DNA from: Antedon mediterranea
Lineage: Eukaryota; Animalia; Echinodermata
Assembly (NCBI RefSeq): GCF_964355755.1
Contig: NC_092673.1
Location: 31,803,648 to 31,867,647 of the forward strand
Length of the DNA stretch: 64,000 bases
Direction of reading: 5' to 3'
Shown here: positions 12,197 through 24,159 of the stretch, in pieces
Layout: each line of letters begins with the position of its first letter
How positions within the stretch are numbered: the stretch's first letter is position 1
Position numbers and translations under genes: made by a program
The notes under the pieces: model-generated
Seen by the model: the letters and a program-made list of their open reading frames with translations, nothing else
Told to the model about the DNA's origin: nothing
Databases searched by the model: none

Positions 12197-15100
12197 TGTT
12201 ACGGCTCATTTTTAGTTTAGCGCCCTCTATAATTAAAGGTTGTCTAATATGTCCGCTCACAAAGATAATGTGTTCTATGCGTAGGTCTATCTAGAAGAGA
12301 CACAAACGTAAGTTTTAATCATCTAATGAATAATATTGTGATAATAATAAGAAATTATGATTAATGCAGTAGTTGATTGAAGTTATATTATAGTTAAATT
12401 TGACTCCGAACGCCGTCTAAATGGTGCGTGGAGTGTAGGCCTATCTGTGGCCAAGATTGAAAGCATGTTCATGCTTGTTTTATAATGTTGTAACGTTCGC
12501 AATTCTCCCGCGGTTGTCATGGGATGAAATCCAGTGTGATGCGGACGGTGCTCGTTCCGCTTGATTGAGCACGGCTCTATTCAAGAGCTATTTACACGGA
12601 AGTGTTTGTTATTGTTATGTTTGGAGCTCCGTAAGAGTTATTTAAACGTAAATGCTTGTTATAATACAAACATGTTATTATCTTTTGTTTCTAGTTGAAA
12701 CCACCACCATCATCATCATCATCATTATCATCATCAGTAAAGTCAGTCTTTATTCAATAGCTGATCATCATCAGCGTCATTATCGTGATCTTCATCACAT
12801 CGGCAAGTTGCCATGGCCATCGCCATTGAGAGTTGAATAAAGTGTTTGATGCGTTACAAGTTGTCTGTGATTGTTTATTTGATCGTTCAAGTGAAAACCT
12901 ACGCCCAACAGTAGAGGCTGTTACAGTTTCAAGTTTATATTCTAAAGTACGATGGCGTTATCAGATGAACGAGAACGCAAGTCCACTATCAAGGGACAAG
13001 AATATGCAACCGAAATGAAGTATAAAGCTCTTGGTATAGCCTGGAAGAACCTACAGAGGAGTTCGGAGGAGCTGAGAAACTATATGAATGAGAATCCGCC
13101 AGTGACGGAAGCAAGATTACGATACACAAAGTGGATGACTTCTTATGAAGCATTCATCCTGGCTAATGACCAATATTGCAACACACTTAATGAAGATGCC
13201 CTGCAAGATCATGACAATGATTGGTTTTGTGAAAAAACTGTTTATGCAGAAAATAGAAAGTCGGAAGCAGAAAAGTGGTTCTTGAGTAAGGAAGTAGTAC
13301 AGCCTGTGGCAGGGAAGGCAAAGACATCCAAGTCTCGTAGTAGTATGGGATCTGTGGCTAGAAGACAGGAAGAGTTGAAGCGGTTAGAAGAATTGAAGAA
13401 GCAGAGTCGGATTCTGAAAGAAAAACAGGAAAGTGAGAAGAAAGTCAAACTGTTGGAAATCGAACTAGAGCAAGAGAAAGAGAGAAATGCTCTAGATAAG
13501 GAAATGGCAAGGTCAGAGGCCAGACAAGAGATGCTAGAAGAACTGGAAGCTGAAGAAATTTCTCTTAGTCAAGATTTGGAGGAAGAAGAAGCAAGCAGCT
13601 TGAGTGGGCCATCGTCAGGCGATGACCAGTCCTCCGTGAAGCAAACTGCAAGGATACCTTCAGTTGCAGTGTCACCCAAGGTTAACAAGGTCAAGCAACC
13701 CGCTGCTAAAAAACCAGAGAAAAGAGTTAACGACGCCATAGTAGAAATGAGGAAGCCCAAATTAGAAATAAAGAAGTTTAATGGAAATTGTATGGACTTT
13801 AACAAATTCATGCGACAATTCAAAACACGAATAGAAAGTGGCTGCACCAACGATGACAGAATGGCATATTTAGAACAATTCACTACAGGAGAGGCTCAAC
13901 AAATTGTTATTGGATACTCCTACTTGGAAGCGGAAGTTGGTTATCCAGCTGCAATGAAAGAGTTGAAAAGACGTTACGGGGATCCAGAGGTGATCGCAAA
14001 CTCATATGTAAAAAAGCTGCTATCTTGGGCACCCATCAAGGCAAATGATCCAAAGGCCCTAGATGAGTTTTCAGTGTTCTTTATGGAATGTAAGGCTGCT
14101 ACACTCTGCGTTGGGAGTCTAGGTGTGTTAGAGTTCTCTGAAAACATAAGGATGACCATGGAGAAGCTTCCGCAATACTTGCATGATCGTTGGAGAAATG
14201 TGGTGGAGGTTCACCGAAATCAACAAAGGCCCATACGCTTCAGTGACATTGTAGACTTTACACAGAAAGAAGCCAAAAAGCTTAATGATCCGGTTTATGG
14301 CAAAACCCCGGTATCTCGTGAGACCACAGAGCTACAAAAGAACAAACGCTCGAATACCACATTTAGCGTTCAGTCATCCGACACAGCCAAACCCAAGATG
14401 TCGTGTCATTATTGTCAAGAGCAACACTGGCTGTCGCGTTGCCCTGGTTTTAAGGCTAAGTCTGTGGATGGCAGAAGGAAATTCGTACGAGAAAAGAAGC
14501 TTTGTTGGAATTGTTTTAATAAGGGACACTTTGCATCGTCTTGTCCGAAACCAAGTTTTTGTAAGATGTGTGCAGAAAAGCATTCATCCTTCTTACATCC
14601 AGTCTCTCCTCCAAAGGGTGAGCATACCACAACACAGCCTGCTGAAAATCAAAAGGCAGCACCTCCTGAGACGCAAGCACATTCGTTACCAGCCACGTCC
14701 ACGTCATTGGCAGTTGCAGGCAGCTACCAAAGAATTGGCTTGTCAGTTGTACCAGTCCAGGTTAAGGCTGAGGGAGGAAAATCTATAATTTCAACTTATG
14801 CTTTTCTAGACAATGGCTCGAATATTACATTTTGTACAGAAGCACTTGCGCAGAAGTTAGGTGTCAAGGGCAAAGGCGTTGACCTTAACCTTATGACAAT
14901 GGATGGTCAATCTGTCACTAAATCGACAACAATATCTCTAGAAGTGGCAAATCTATATGGATCAAGTCAAGTAAAGATTCCAAGAGTATATACCAGACAA
15001 TCCATACCAGTGTCAACAAACACTATTGCAAGTCAGGCAGAAGTTGATAGGTGGCCTCACCTGCAAGGAATATATATTCCGTCTATCACTGCAGAAATAG

Positions 15101-18100
15101 AGTTATTAATTGGTCAAGATGTACCGGAGGTACACCAACCTTATGAAGTGCGAGCCATGCAAAATGGCGGTCCATATGCCACTCGAACTCTGTTTGGCTG
15201 GGTGGTAAATGGCCCTTTGAGTTCTTGGCAAGAAAACAAGATATGCGGCTTCGTTGGGAATCTAGACGAGCAGTTCAGAAAATTCTGCAGCATCGAGTTC
15301 AATGACCTCGAATCAGATCAGGTGACAATGTCACAGAGTGACATACAGGCATTAACAAGTATGGAGGAATCTGTGACATACAAGGATGGACATTACCATG
15401 TTGCTATGCCTTGGAAGGCTTCCCCATCAACATTACCAAACAATCGTGTATTGGCCGAACGCCGACTCAAAAAGTTGCAGGCTGCACTGTTAGCAGCACG
15501 CTTGGACACAATGATAAGAGAAGAGCTTAAGGAAATTAAAATTGACCAGTCCGTGTGTTGGACCGACAGCACGTGTGTGCTCAGATATCTGAGCAACGAC
15601 GAAACCAGGTTCAAAACATATGTGGGAAATCGAATCCTAAGTAGGACAAACAAGGACCAATGGAGGTTTGTGAATTCAGCTGAAAATCCGGCCAACCTAG
15701 CTTCCCGTGGGATGACGGCAGAGGAAATGATGACGAGTGAAATGTGGTATTGCGGTCCAAAATTCCTCACACAAAATGATTCCAAGTGGCCAGAGATGCC
15801 AGACGATCTCGCCCTCAGAATGAATGACCCCGAAGTAAAGGGCGTAACAGCGTTAGTTGTGGCCGAAATCAACACCACTCTGGATGAAATAACTTCACAG
15901 TTTTCAAGTTGGAAGACACTGTCAAGAGTTACTGGCTGGGTGCTACGATTCACGAATAACTTAAAGAATGTTAAACACAAGAAAACGACAGTACAGAAGA
16001 GGACAAGCAATCAAGTTGTGGAACCTCTCTCAGTGGATGAACTGAAGGAAGCAGAACTGGTACTCATCAGACGTGCCCAGAAGCGTTCGTATCCTGAGGA
16101 ATTCAGAAGCTTAGAGACAGGCAAGACAATAAAGTCAACTAGTCCACTAATTAGGTTGGACCCGAAATTAGAAAATGGTGTATTGAAGGTTGGAGGTCGA
16201 CTGAGTATGGCCGATGTTAGTGGAGATCTGAAACATCAGATTATACTACCAAGGTCCAGTGATCTGACTATACTCATCTTAAGACACTACCACAACTGTA
16301 CTGGGCACTCGGGCGTCAATCATGTCCTATCTGAGCTGAGGCAAATTTACTGGCCAGTAGGAGGACGAACAATGATCAAAGGGATCAGTAGGAAATGCGT
16401 TCAATGCAGAAGAAGAAATGCTCCGACAGCACATCAAAAAATGGCTGATCTGCCAGCCGAGAGAGTTACACCAGCGCACCCGCCTTTTACCTTTGTGGGG
16501 ATTGATTGCTTTGGACCATTTAAGGTTAAAAATGCTAGATCAGTGCTGAAAAGATATGGAGTGATTTTTACCTGCTTATCAATCAGAGCAGTGCATCTGG
16601 AGGTCGCGTCATCATTGGACACAAACTCATTCTTAAATGCTTATCGACGTTTCGTTGCTAGGAGAGGCGTACCAAAGCATATCCGGTCTGACAATGGAGG
16701 AAATTTTATTATGGGGCAAAAGGAGCTTCGATCGGCCATTAATGATTGGAATCAAGGACAGATACACCAATACCTCTCGCAGAATCACGTGGAATGGAAA
16801 TTCAATCCTCCGGCAGCTTCCCATCAAGGTGGGGTTTGGGAAAGATGCATTCGCACAGTACGCAAGGTGCTCAGCTCGCTGATGGAAGAACAAACAATCA
16901 ACGATGAAACATTGCAGACGCTGTTCTGTGAAGTCGAAACGATAGTGAATGGGAGACCAATAACAAAGGTGTCAGATGATCCAAAAGACAATGAGGCATT
17001 AACACCGAATCATCTTTTACTATTGCGAGCAGGTCCCAGCCTTCCACCAGGACGATTTGTTGCAGACGATTGCTACGTGAGAAGGCGCTGGCGCCAAACT
17101 CAGTATCTCGCAGATGTTTTCTGGCGTCGCTGGCTCCGGGAATATTTGCCTGCACTTCAAGAGCGACAGAAATGGTGTAAGAAACAGCAGAATGTTGCGA
17201 ATGGCGACATTGTTTTGGTTCATGACCCATCGGTTCCACGATGCTCGTGGCCGCTTGCTCGAGTGATAGAGGTGCTCCAGAATGATTCAGATGGAATGGT
17301 GCGTTCTGTGAGATTGAAAACGTCGGTTGGAACTCTAGTAAGACCAATCACTAAGATCATACTTCTAGAAGTCAACCGAAATGATTAGACATGCACATTG
17401 TGTGATGTTTGCCAGTGATATATTTGGATTTGGCTTATGTGAACTTTATAAGAGACTTATTACCTTTATTGTTTGTCGTTACCCGTAACATATGTATATA
17501 TAGTAAAGGCTCGATTTAATCGCCTTTAAGGGGCCGGGATGTTACGGCTCATTTTTAGTTTAGCGCCCTCTATAATTAAAGGTTGTCTAATATGTCCGCT
17601 CACAAAGATAATGTGTTCTATGCGTAGGTCTATCTAGAAGAGACACAAACGTAAGTTTTAATCATCTAATGAATAATATTGTGATAATAATAAGAAATTA
17701 TGATTAATGCAGTAGTTGATTGAAGTTATATTATAGTTAAATTTGACTCCGAACGCCGTCTAAATGGTGCGTGGAGTGTAGGCCTATCTGTGGCCAAGAT
17801 TGAAAGCATGTTCATGCTTGTTTTATAATGTTGTAACGTTCGCAATTCTCCCGCGGTTGTCATGGGATGAAATCCAGTGTGATGCGGACGGTGCTCGTTC
17901 CGCTTGATTGAGCACGGCTCTATTCAAGAGCTATTTACACGGAAGTGTTTGTTATTGTTATGTTTGGAGCTCCGTAAGAGTTATTTAAACGTAAATGCTT
18001 GTTATAATACAAACATGTTATTATCTTTTGTTTCTAGTTGAAACCACCACCATCATCATCATCATCATTATCATCATCAGTAAAGTCAGTCTTTATTCAA

Positions 18101-18268
18101 TAGCTGATCATCATCAGCGTCATTATCGTGATCTTCATCACATCGGCAAGTTGCCATGGCCATCGCCATTGAGAGTTGAATAAAGTGTTTGATGCGTTAC
18201 AAGTTGTCTGTGATTGTTTATTTGATCGTTCAAGTGAAAACCTACGCCCAACAGTAGAGGCTGTTACA
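12197..18268 (+). mobile_element. BEL/Pao LTR retrotransposon, internally deleted, recent insertion
   Basis: 729 bp TG..CA LTRs (12197-12925, 17540-18268) that look identical; 5 bp TSD AATTT (12192-12196, 18269-18273); PPT AAGGGGCCGGGA before the 3' LTR. Confidence 0.96.
12952..17388 (+). CDS. BEL/Pao polyprotein (Gag, 3 zinc knuckles, aspartic protease, RNase H remnant, integrase); RT absent
   Basis: 1478 aa ORF: CHYC..HWLSRC, CWNC..GHFASSC, CKMC..HSSFLH; YAFLDNGSNITF; WTDS..NPA(N)LASRG; H..GH..C..C, GIDCFGP, SDNGGNF, GGVWER; FWRRWLREYL. No LPHH/VFD/YVDD RT motifs. Confidence 0.93.
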   Translation: MALSDERERKSTIKGQEYATEMKYKALGIAWKNLQRSSEELRNYMNENPPVTEARLRYTKWMTSYEAFILANDQYCNTLNEDALQDHDNDWFCEKTVYAENRKSEAEKWFLSKEVVQPVAGKAKTSKSRSSMGSVARRQEELKRLEELKKQSRILKEKQESEKKVKLLEIELEQEKERNALDKEMARSEARQEMLEELEAEEISLSQDLEEEEASSLSGPSSGDDQSSVKQTARIPSVAVSPKVNKVKQPAAKKPEKRVNDAIVEMRKPKLEIKKFNGNCMDFNKFMRQFKTRIESGCTNDDRMAYLEQFTTGEAQQIVIGYSYLEAEVGYPAAMKELKRRYGDPEVIANSYVKKLLSWAPIKANDPKALDEFSVFFMECKAATLCVGSLGVLEFSENIRMTMEKLPQYLHDRWRNVVEVHRNQQRPIRFSDIVDFTQKEAKKLNDPVYGKTPVSRETTELQKNKRSNTTFSVQSSDTAKPKMSCHYCQEQHWLSRCPGFKAKSVDGRRKFVREKKLCWNCFNKGHFASSCPKPSFCKMCAEKHSSFLHPVSPPKGEHTTTQPAENQKAAPPETQAHSLPATSTSLAVAGSYQRIGLSVVPVQVKAEGGKSIISTYAFLDNGSNITFCTEALAQKLGVKGKGVDLNLMTMDGQSVTKSTTISLEVANLYGSSQVKIPRVYTRQSIPVSTNTIASQAEVDRWPHLQGIYIPSITAEIELLIGQDVPEVHQPYEVRAMQNGGPYATRTLFGWVVNGPLSSWQENKICGFVGNLDEQFRKFCSIEFNDLESDQVTMSQSDIQALTSMEESVTYKDGHYHVAMPWKASPSTLPNNRVLAERRLKKLQAALLAARLDTMIREELKEIKIDQSVCWTDSTCVLRYLSNDETRFKTYVGNRILSRTNKDQWRFVNSAENPANLASRGMTAEEMMTSEMWYCGPKFLTQNDSKWPEMPDDLALRMNDPEVKGVTALVVAEINTTLDEITSQFSSWKTLSRVTGWVLRFTNNLKNVKHKKTTVQKRTSNQVVEPLSVDELKEAELVLIRRAQKRSYPEEFRSLETGKTIKSTSPLIRLDPKLENGVLKVGGRLSMADVSGDLKHQIILPRSSDLTILILRHYHNCTGHSGVNHVLSELRQIYWPVGGRTMIKGISRKCVQCRRRNAPTAHQKMADLPAERVTPAHPPFTFVGIDCFGPFKVKNARSVLKRYGVIFTCLSIRAVHLEVASSLDTNSFLNAYRRFVARRGVPKHIRSDNGGNFIMGQKELRSAINDWNQGQIHQYLSQNHVEWKFNPPAASHQGGVWERCIRTVRKVLSSLMEEQTINDETLQTLFCEVETIVNGRPITKVSDDPKDNEALTPNHLLLLRAGPSLPPGRFVADDCYVRRRWRQTQYLADVFWRRWLREYLPALQERQKWCKKQQNVANGDIVLVHDPSVPRCSWPLARVIEVLQNDSDGMVRSVRLKTSVGTLVRPITKIILLEVNRND

Positions 18269-18530
18269 AATTTAACAAAATTAATTTCGACAATCAAACA
18301 AATTATACAATTTTCTTAGGCCAAAATAACAAACTTAACATTAACTTTCTTCCTTAAGAAGTTTATAAAGTTAAAAGTATATAGTTTGACAGTGCATCAT
18401 TTTTAAAAATCTTTAAAGATGTCATCATAGTAAAACATTATAATTCATTGCGGTATGTAATAATCTATCTGCACCAAAGTGGTTACTGCATAGTAAATAC
18501 ACGGAGGAATATTTCCATATTTTTTAGTCA

Positions 18531-18605
18531 GTTGTGTATGGCTCGGTGGTCTTTGCTCGTGTCTATAGCATTTAAGGTACCGAGTTCGAGTCTCACCTTG
18601 GGAAA
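18531..18605 (+). mobile_element. Degenerate tRNA-derived SINE head
   Basis: A-box-like TGGCTCGGTGG and B-box GAGTTCGAGTC at tRNA spacing; no full cloverleaf. Confidence 0.5.
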
Positions 18606-19207
18606 CGAAACAAAATAAGATATTTTTTTGTATTATCCGTATTGTTTGTTCAATTGTATTTCTTAGTGTATAGATTATACAGATGATTTATAATGAAATT
18701 TATTTAAAAACACAAAATGTGGTTTATGACATTATATACGCAGAAGGATCTTTGATCGGATTATGAAACCGGCTATTGTATTTGCGTTAGCAAGATCCTA
18801 TCATATATTATAAATAACTAAAGATTCTGAGAAAATCAATCAATCAAAATATCTTAAATCAATCAATTATCTTTATTTAAATCAATGCATATAACCTATA
18901 ATTCGTCATAGTGACGAATTAAATCTAGTTAGTGAATTATTTCTATTTTATATCACTGCGCTCCACTAGTGCTAAATTTTGTCCACTGGAGCAGCTACAG
19001 TAGTACTGTATTTCGTAAGTAAATAAAGGCATAAATGGCGCTCCGTAGAAGTAGAGAATGCTCGATCGTCGAAATGACGCTCTGAATATATACCTCCGCA
19101 TGGCGGACAATCTGCAGCAGCAACATGCAATTGCAGTAACCTGCTTGGAAGCGTTTTCTCCACTTTAGTTAAGCCTACTTATACCTAGTATTTCTGCTAT
19201 TTCTATA

Positions 19208-22200
19208 ATGTCATCAATAAGATCAATGAAGGTAAAACAATTTGCATTGTAAAATATACATTTCTATTAAAAGTACACTAGGGCTAGTCGTAGGGGCTAG
19301 CCTAGCCTTAGCTAGGCCTACTAGGCTAGTTAGGCCCTAGGCCTATATTAAAAGCTACGCCGTGGTTAGGATTCCGGCACCTGAACTCAACTGCCCAATC
19401 CGACACGCTATTGCGCATGCCCAGAGCTCTGGGAAGTGAATAATTAATAATTAAAATACGACTACGCCAGGCGTTAAAATAATTATTATTATATTTATAA
19501 GAATATATAAGAATAAGAATCATTATCTATCTAAGAATCGTAATAATGCTGTAATTAGTCCGACCCCGACTTCCCGAACAGTTTTTTCACACATCCACGC
19601 CGCGGTGTGGCTGCCGTCAACAAATCAACTTGTGATTGCATGTTATGTACACTTATGTACACACACAGTATAATGCGTTATATGAAATCTTTTATTTTGT
19701 ACTTGAAAAATCATAAACTAGTCATGTAATTATATAATTCATAATTATTTATATGAAGTTTATAAATATGAATGAAGCGACCACTTTTTAATTACAAAAT
19801 AAATAGGCCCACTGGTCACGTCTAACTGGTAGGCCTACTATTACTATTAGTGGATCCCGTTAGTAGGCATCTAGGCCAAAGATTATAGTTCGCTGTGTGG
19901 CGCAGCTATGAAATGACCCATCGCTAGCTGTTGACATGATAACAAAGATAGTGTAGTAGGAAGATGTTACACTTCCTATTCGTTCAATGCAAATAAAAGC
20001 GAGACAACATGGAGCTAAATTTAAAGGGCGCCTCGCACGTCGAGTAGGGATACGGAAAGTTATTGTATAGGAAATAGGCTATTATAACAGTAGAATAATA
20101 TGATTGTAAAATTAAGATTTAATACGAATTAACATATAAAATGTAATGTTATCTTTATAGAAAGTGCAAATGAATCATATTTATATGTTTTGGAATACAA
20201 ATTTGTGTTTCAATTACCTGGAATTGTTTAGGTACCTGGAATTTATCTACCCGTATTATTTCTTTTATTTTAATGTTTTTATTTGCAAATCAATTGAACT
20301 TTTTAAAATTATTTAATATTAATTGTTTATCATTGGACATAGAAAATTTAATACCTAGCTTTAGAAACACTTCTTCATCAGAGTGAATAAATATATTAGG
20401 AGCCTAGTGGTAAATAGGCCTACAATGTGTATGCCTATATAATAATCCATTACGTATGGTTTATTTCTAAGGGTAATAAAAGAGAATAGGTAGTATGGCA
20501 TGTAATCAATAATCAATCAATCAATCAATATTTATTATAATCAATAATATTATACAAATAGTCGATCTGCATAAACTGAATACGGTACCAGTAGGCTTGA
20601 ACATTATAGGAATTCAGGACTACGAGTATGTTTTTTTACTGAAAAAAAACCAATTATTGTTAATTATCTATTAATTTTAATAATTTAATAATACTGTAAC
20701 TAATTATTATATTATGCTTGTAACACTACAAACTTTCTTGCATTCATCGTAATTGTATATGCCCTGATTATGTAACGCCTAACAATATTGATAATATTAA
20801 TTATAAGCCAATAAGTTCATTATTGGTAAGGTTTTATCAAGGAAAAAATATCCGCGTGGAGGCCTACTTTACCCTCTTTTATACTACCCTTACAAAAAAT
20901 GTTCTATCTATAGAAGTTTTAGAATTCTATGTTAATTCTATAGAAACAGATACCTAATTTCTATAGAAACGAATTTACAGATTCTACCCCTAGAGTTTTA
21001 ATTTATAGAAATTGCAGAAGAATTGCTATAATTTATTCATAAATCATATATTGTTTGTCAACAACAATACTGTATACTGTAAAATTAGCATTATGACTTC
21101 AGACTTATTGGGGTTTACCAAGATAGGTAAGAGTTTTTATGGGTACGGGTTGGTTTGGGTACGGGTTGGTTTGGGTACGGGTTGGTTTGGGTACGGGTTG
21201 GTTTGGGTACGAGATGACCACCATCCATTCATGAATGCGTCTACAGGCGCGCGTAAGCCTCCTCCTGATCCTAGCTCAGTGTTTACAGTCATGTCATGAC
21301 AAAACTCACTCCAAATAAATGTATTAACAATTAAAAAGATCCAAAAACAGTATGAAAACATCATATTAATTTTTAACTTTGTATAATAAAGACAAAAAAG
21401 AAGTTTTTGTTGGTTTTTTGTGGCTTATTTTTACAATTTATTGCCGAAAACACCATTTTCATTGGGCTTTGCCATTGCGTTCCTCATGTTTCAGATTCGT
21501 CTATCCCTACTCGTCGTGAGAGGTTCTCATCTTCCTACTACACTATCTTTGATGATAAGTATAGAGTCGCCAATTACCTTGCTCTGGACATGCGCAATAG
21601 CGTGTCGGATTCCCTAACGCTAGGCAGTTGAGTTCCGGTGTCGGAATCCTAACCACGGCGTAAAAGCTATATGATGGCTTTTAATTTTAAAGGCATTGGC
21701 TAGGCCTAGCTAGCTAGCTAGGCTAGGGCCAGGCCTAGGCTAGCCCTATCTTCAGAATGATGACTGGACATCGCTGATTTCAGCACTATAATCCAGTGTG
21801 TTTGCAGCTTACGGTACGCCACGTGTGTTCGGTTTTATTTATTTATCTATGAACTTTTTATGAATTTATCAAGGGCTTGCTCAATCAAATGCGGCTTTTT
21901 GAGAGAGAGAGCCTACCTAGGCTAGGCTAGCTAGGCCTAGGCCTACTTCCTTTTTGGCCCTAGGCCAATCTAATCTTCTATCTAGTAGGCCTAATAAGCT
22001 CTGTTCTGTAGTAGTAGCCCTATCTAGAACTACTATAGGCTAGAGCCTGACCAGGCTATCAAGTAAGGTAGGCCTAGTAGCTCAAATCGTGATCTTATAA
22101 GCTTTTATTTATAACTTGTCAGCGTCTAAACAACCAGAAATTTGCCATTGAATATAAAATAAAATATTCTATAAAAATAAAATATAAATATTAATAAATA

Positions 22201-23851
22201 ACAATTTCGTTTTTTTGTACTGTAGGGTTTGGTTGGCCTTGTGACTGGCGGGGCATCGGGTCTTGGTAAGGGAACAGCTACCAGACTTGTCCGTCAAGGT
22301 GCTCAAGTTGTGATTGCTGACCTGCCTAACTCACCTGGCAAAGAAATTGCTGAAGAACTAGGAGAGAACTGTAGATTCGCTGCTGCAGATGTATGTATCA
22401 ATCAATTATAAATTATTATTTAATAAATTTTATGAACATATATTCGGTCAAAAGAATCATTTAGTCTCAAGAAATATCATTAGCTTATTTTCCTGAATTC
22501 ACTTATAGATGATTACCCCGGTCTACTAGAGTAGTAGTACATCACATCCACTGAAAATAACTAGGCTCTCTTGGAGACCAGTCTTTGACTGAAGAGGTCA
22601 CTCAATAAACCTTTCTTTCTGATGCTTTTGAAAAATGATCTTTCTTAAAAAAGGGGATATCCATGATGCAAATAATGATCTGTACTTTCGTGCTGTATTT
22701 TTATTTTCAGGTAACATCAGAAGATGACGTGAAGAATGCCATTGCCTTAGCGAAGAGTTCATTTGGAAAGGTTGACATTGCAGTTAACTGTGCTGGTATT
22801 GGTATCGCATTGAAGACATACAATTTTAATAAAGGCAGAGCACATCTATTGCATGAGTTCCAACGGGTTTTATTGGTATATATTCAAAATATTCAGTTAA
22901 CAAATACCTCCTTTCTTGATCAAAAGAATGATTCATGTCAAATTATTTTATCTGTAACTTCAGAACATGAGATATGTATGTAACATTGTAAAGTAATATG
23001 TAAAGACACAGGTTTAAAACATCTCTAAATGCCAATTTTCACAGACGGGCAGTACTAATGGTATTAAAAATATAGAATCTATGTTATTCATTATGACCAT
23101 TTTATACAAATAACGCAAAGCGGACGGGCGGTTTCCGCTCAGGATAGATAATAGATTCTATGTGGGGGAAGCTACAGTTTTCCGCTGACCGTTACCGCTC
23201 GTCTGTGTAAATTGGGCCTTATGTTTCTTCGTAGGTGAACGCAGCAGGCTCCTTCAATGTTATTCGTTTGGTCGTTGGTGAAATGGGTAAAAATGAACCA
23301 GATGCTGATGGGTTACGCGGTGTTATAGTGAACACAGCGAGTGTAGCGGCGTACGATGGTCAGAGGGGACAGGCGGCTTACTCGGCCTCTAAGGGTGCTA
23401 TTGTTGGAATGACTCTACCAATTGCTAGGGATCTGGCAAGTCAGGGGATACGAGTTAACACTATAGCTCCAGGTAAGGTCAAGGGTTGCGGTACCAATTC
23501 ATATTGATTATTTTATTGACCAGGTCACAAATGAATTTATTTATTGCGGTATATTGTAATACAGTAAAATTTCCAAAGCAGTAGCTCATGCTATGAATGA
23601 AAAATCTAAAAAGTTAAAATCACAATAGCAAAGACCAGAATGAACAAATTTTTTTTTCAGGATTATTTGATACCCCCTTGTTAGCAAGTCTTTCGAAGAA
23701 GGTGCGAACGTTTCTTGGACGTACTGTACCCTTTCCTAGTCGCTTCGGTAGCCCTGAGGAATATGCACACCTGGTAGAGAGTATAGTGGCTAATCCAATG
23801 ATGAATGGAGAAGTTGTACGACTCGATGGAGCGTTACGTATGCAGCCTTGA
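19208..23851 (+). CDS. HSD17B10: 3-hydroxyacyl-CoA dehydrogenase type-2 / 17-beta-HSD10 (MRPP2); exons 19208-19231, 22226-22390, 22711-22875, 23235-23472, 23661-23851; 260 aa
   Basis: Spliced product MSSIRSMK|[68 protein letters not shown]. All introns are GT-AG and in frame; SDR TGxxxGxG and YxxxK are intact. Confidence 0.95.
19356..21662. mobile_element. TIR element (~70-80 bp inverted ends) filling most of HSD17B10 intron 1
   Basis: TACGCCGTGGTTAGGATTCCGGCACC..CGACACGCTATTGCGCATG at 19356-19427 is inverted at 21583-21662; TA at both ends. Confidence 0.7.
21141..21215. repeat. 15 bp tandem repeat (GGGTACGGGTTGGTT/T), about 4.5 copies; MITE subterminal type
   Basis: Directly visible; the partner arm was not found. 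Confidence 0.75.
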
Positions 23852-24159
23852 GAATTTTAATAATTTGAACAAAAAATTAAATCAATACATTTTGAAATTA
23901 AAGATCTAGCTGGTAAATTATGAATTACCAAATAGTATTGAGGTTAGTGTGAATATCATCATTAGTAAAATGTCTCTCTATTTTACAAGAGGTTCCTCTT
24001 AGTATGCATAAAGGATAGCATGAGAACGAGGGCTGGTTCTTTAACATATCTTCTACTACAGTATAACTGGTTCAACCACTCCAAACCTAATACAGTACAC
24101 TATAGTTACTTGTCCATGAAAAAGAAAATCATGAAAAAATAATAAATGATGTATGAAAA

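Noticed and set aside
12652-12840. Poly-Ile ORF (also 17995-18183)
   Set aside because: Translation of a (CAT)n microsatellite inside the LTRs.
13242-17347. Antisense and alternate-frame ORFs within the BEL polyprotein
   Set aside because: Shadow ORFs with no motifs.
18531-18605. Functional tRNA gene
   Set aside because: Acceptor and anticodon stems do not pair; treated as SINE-like.
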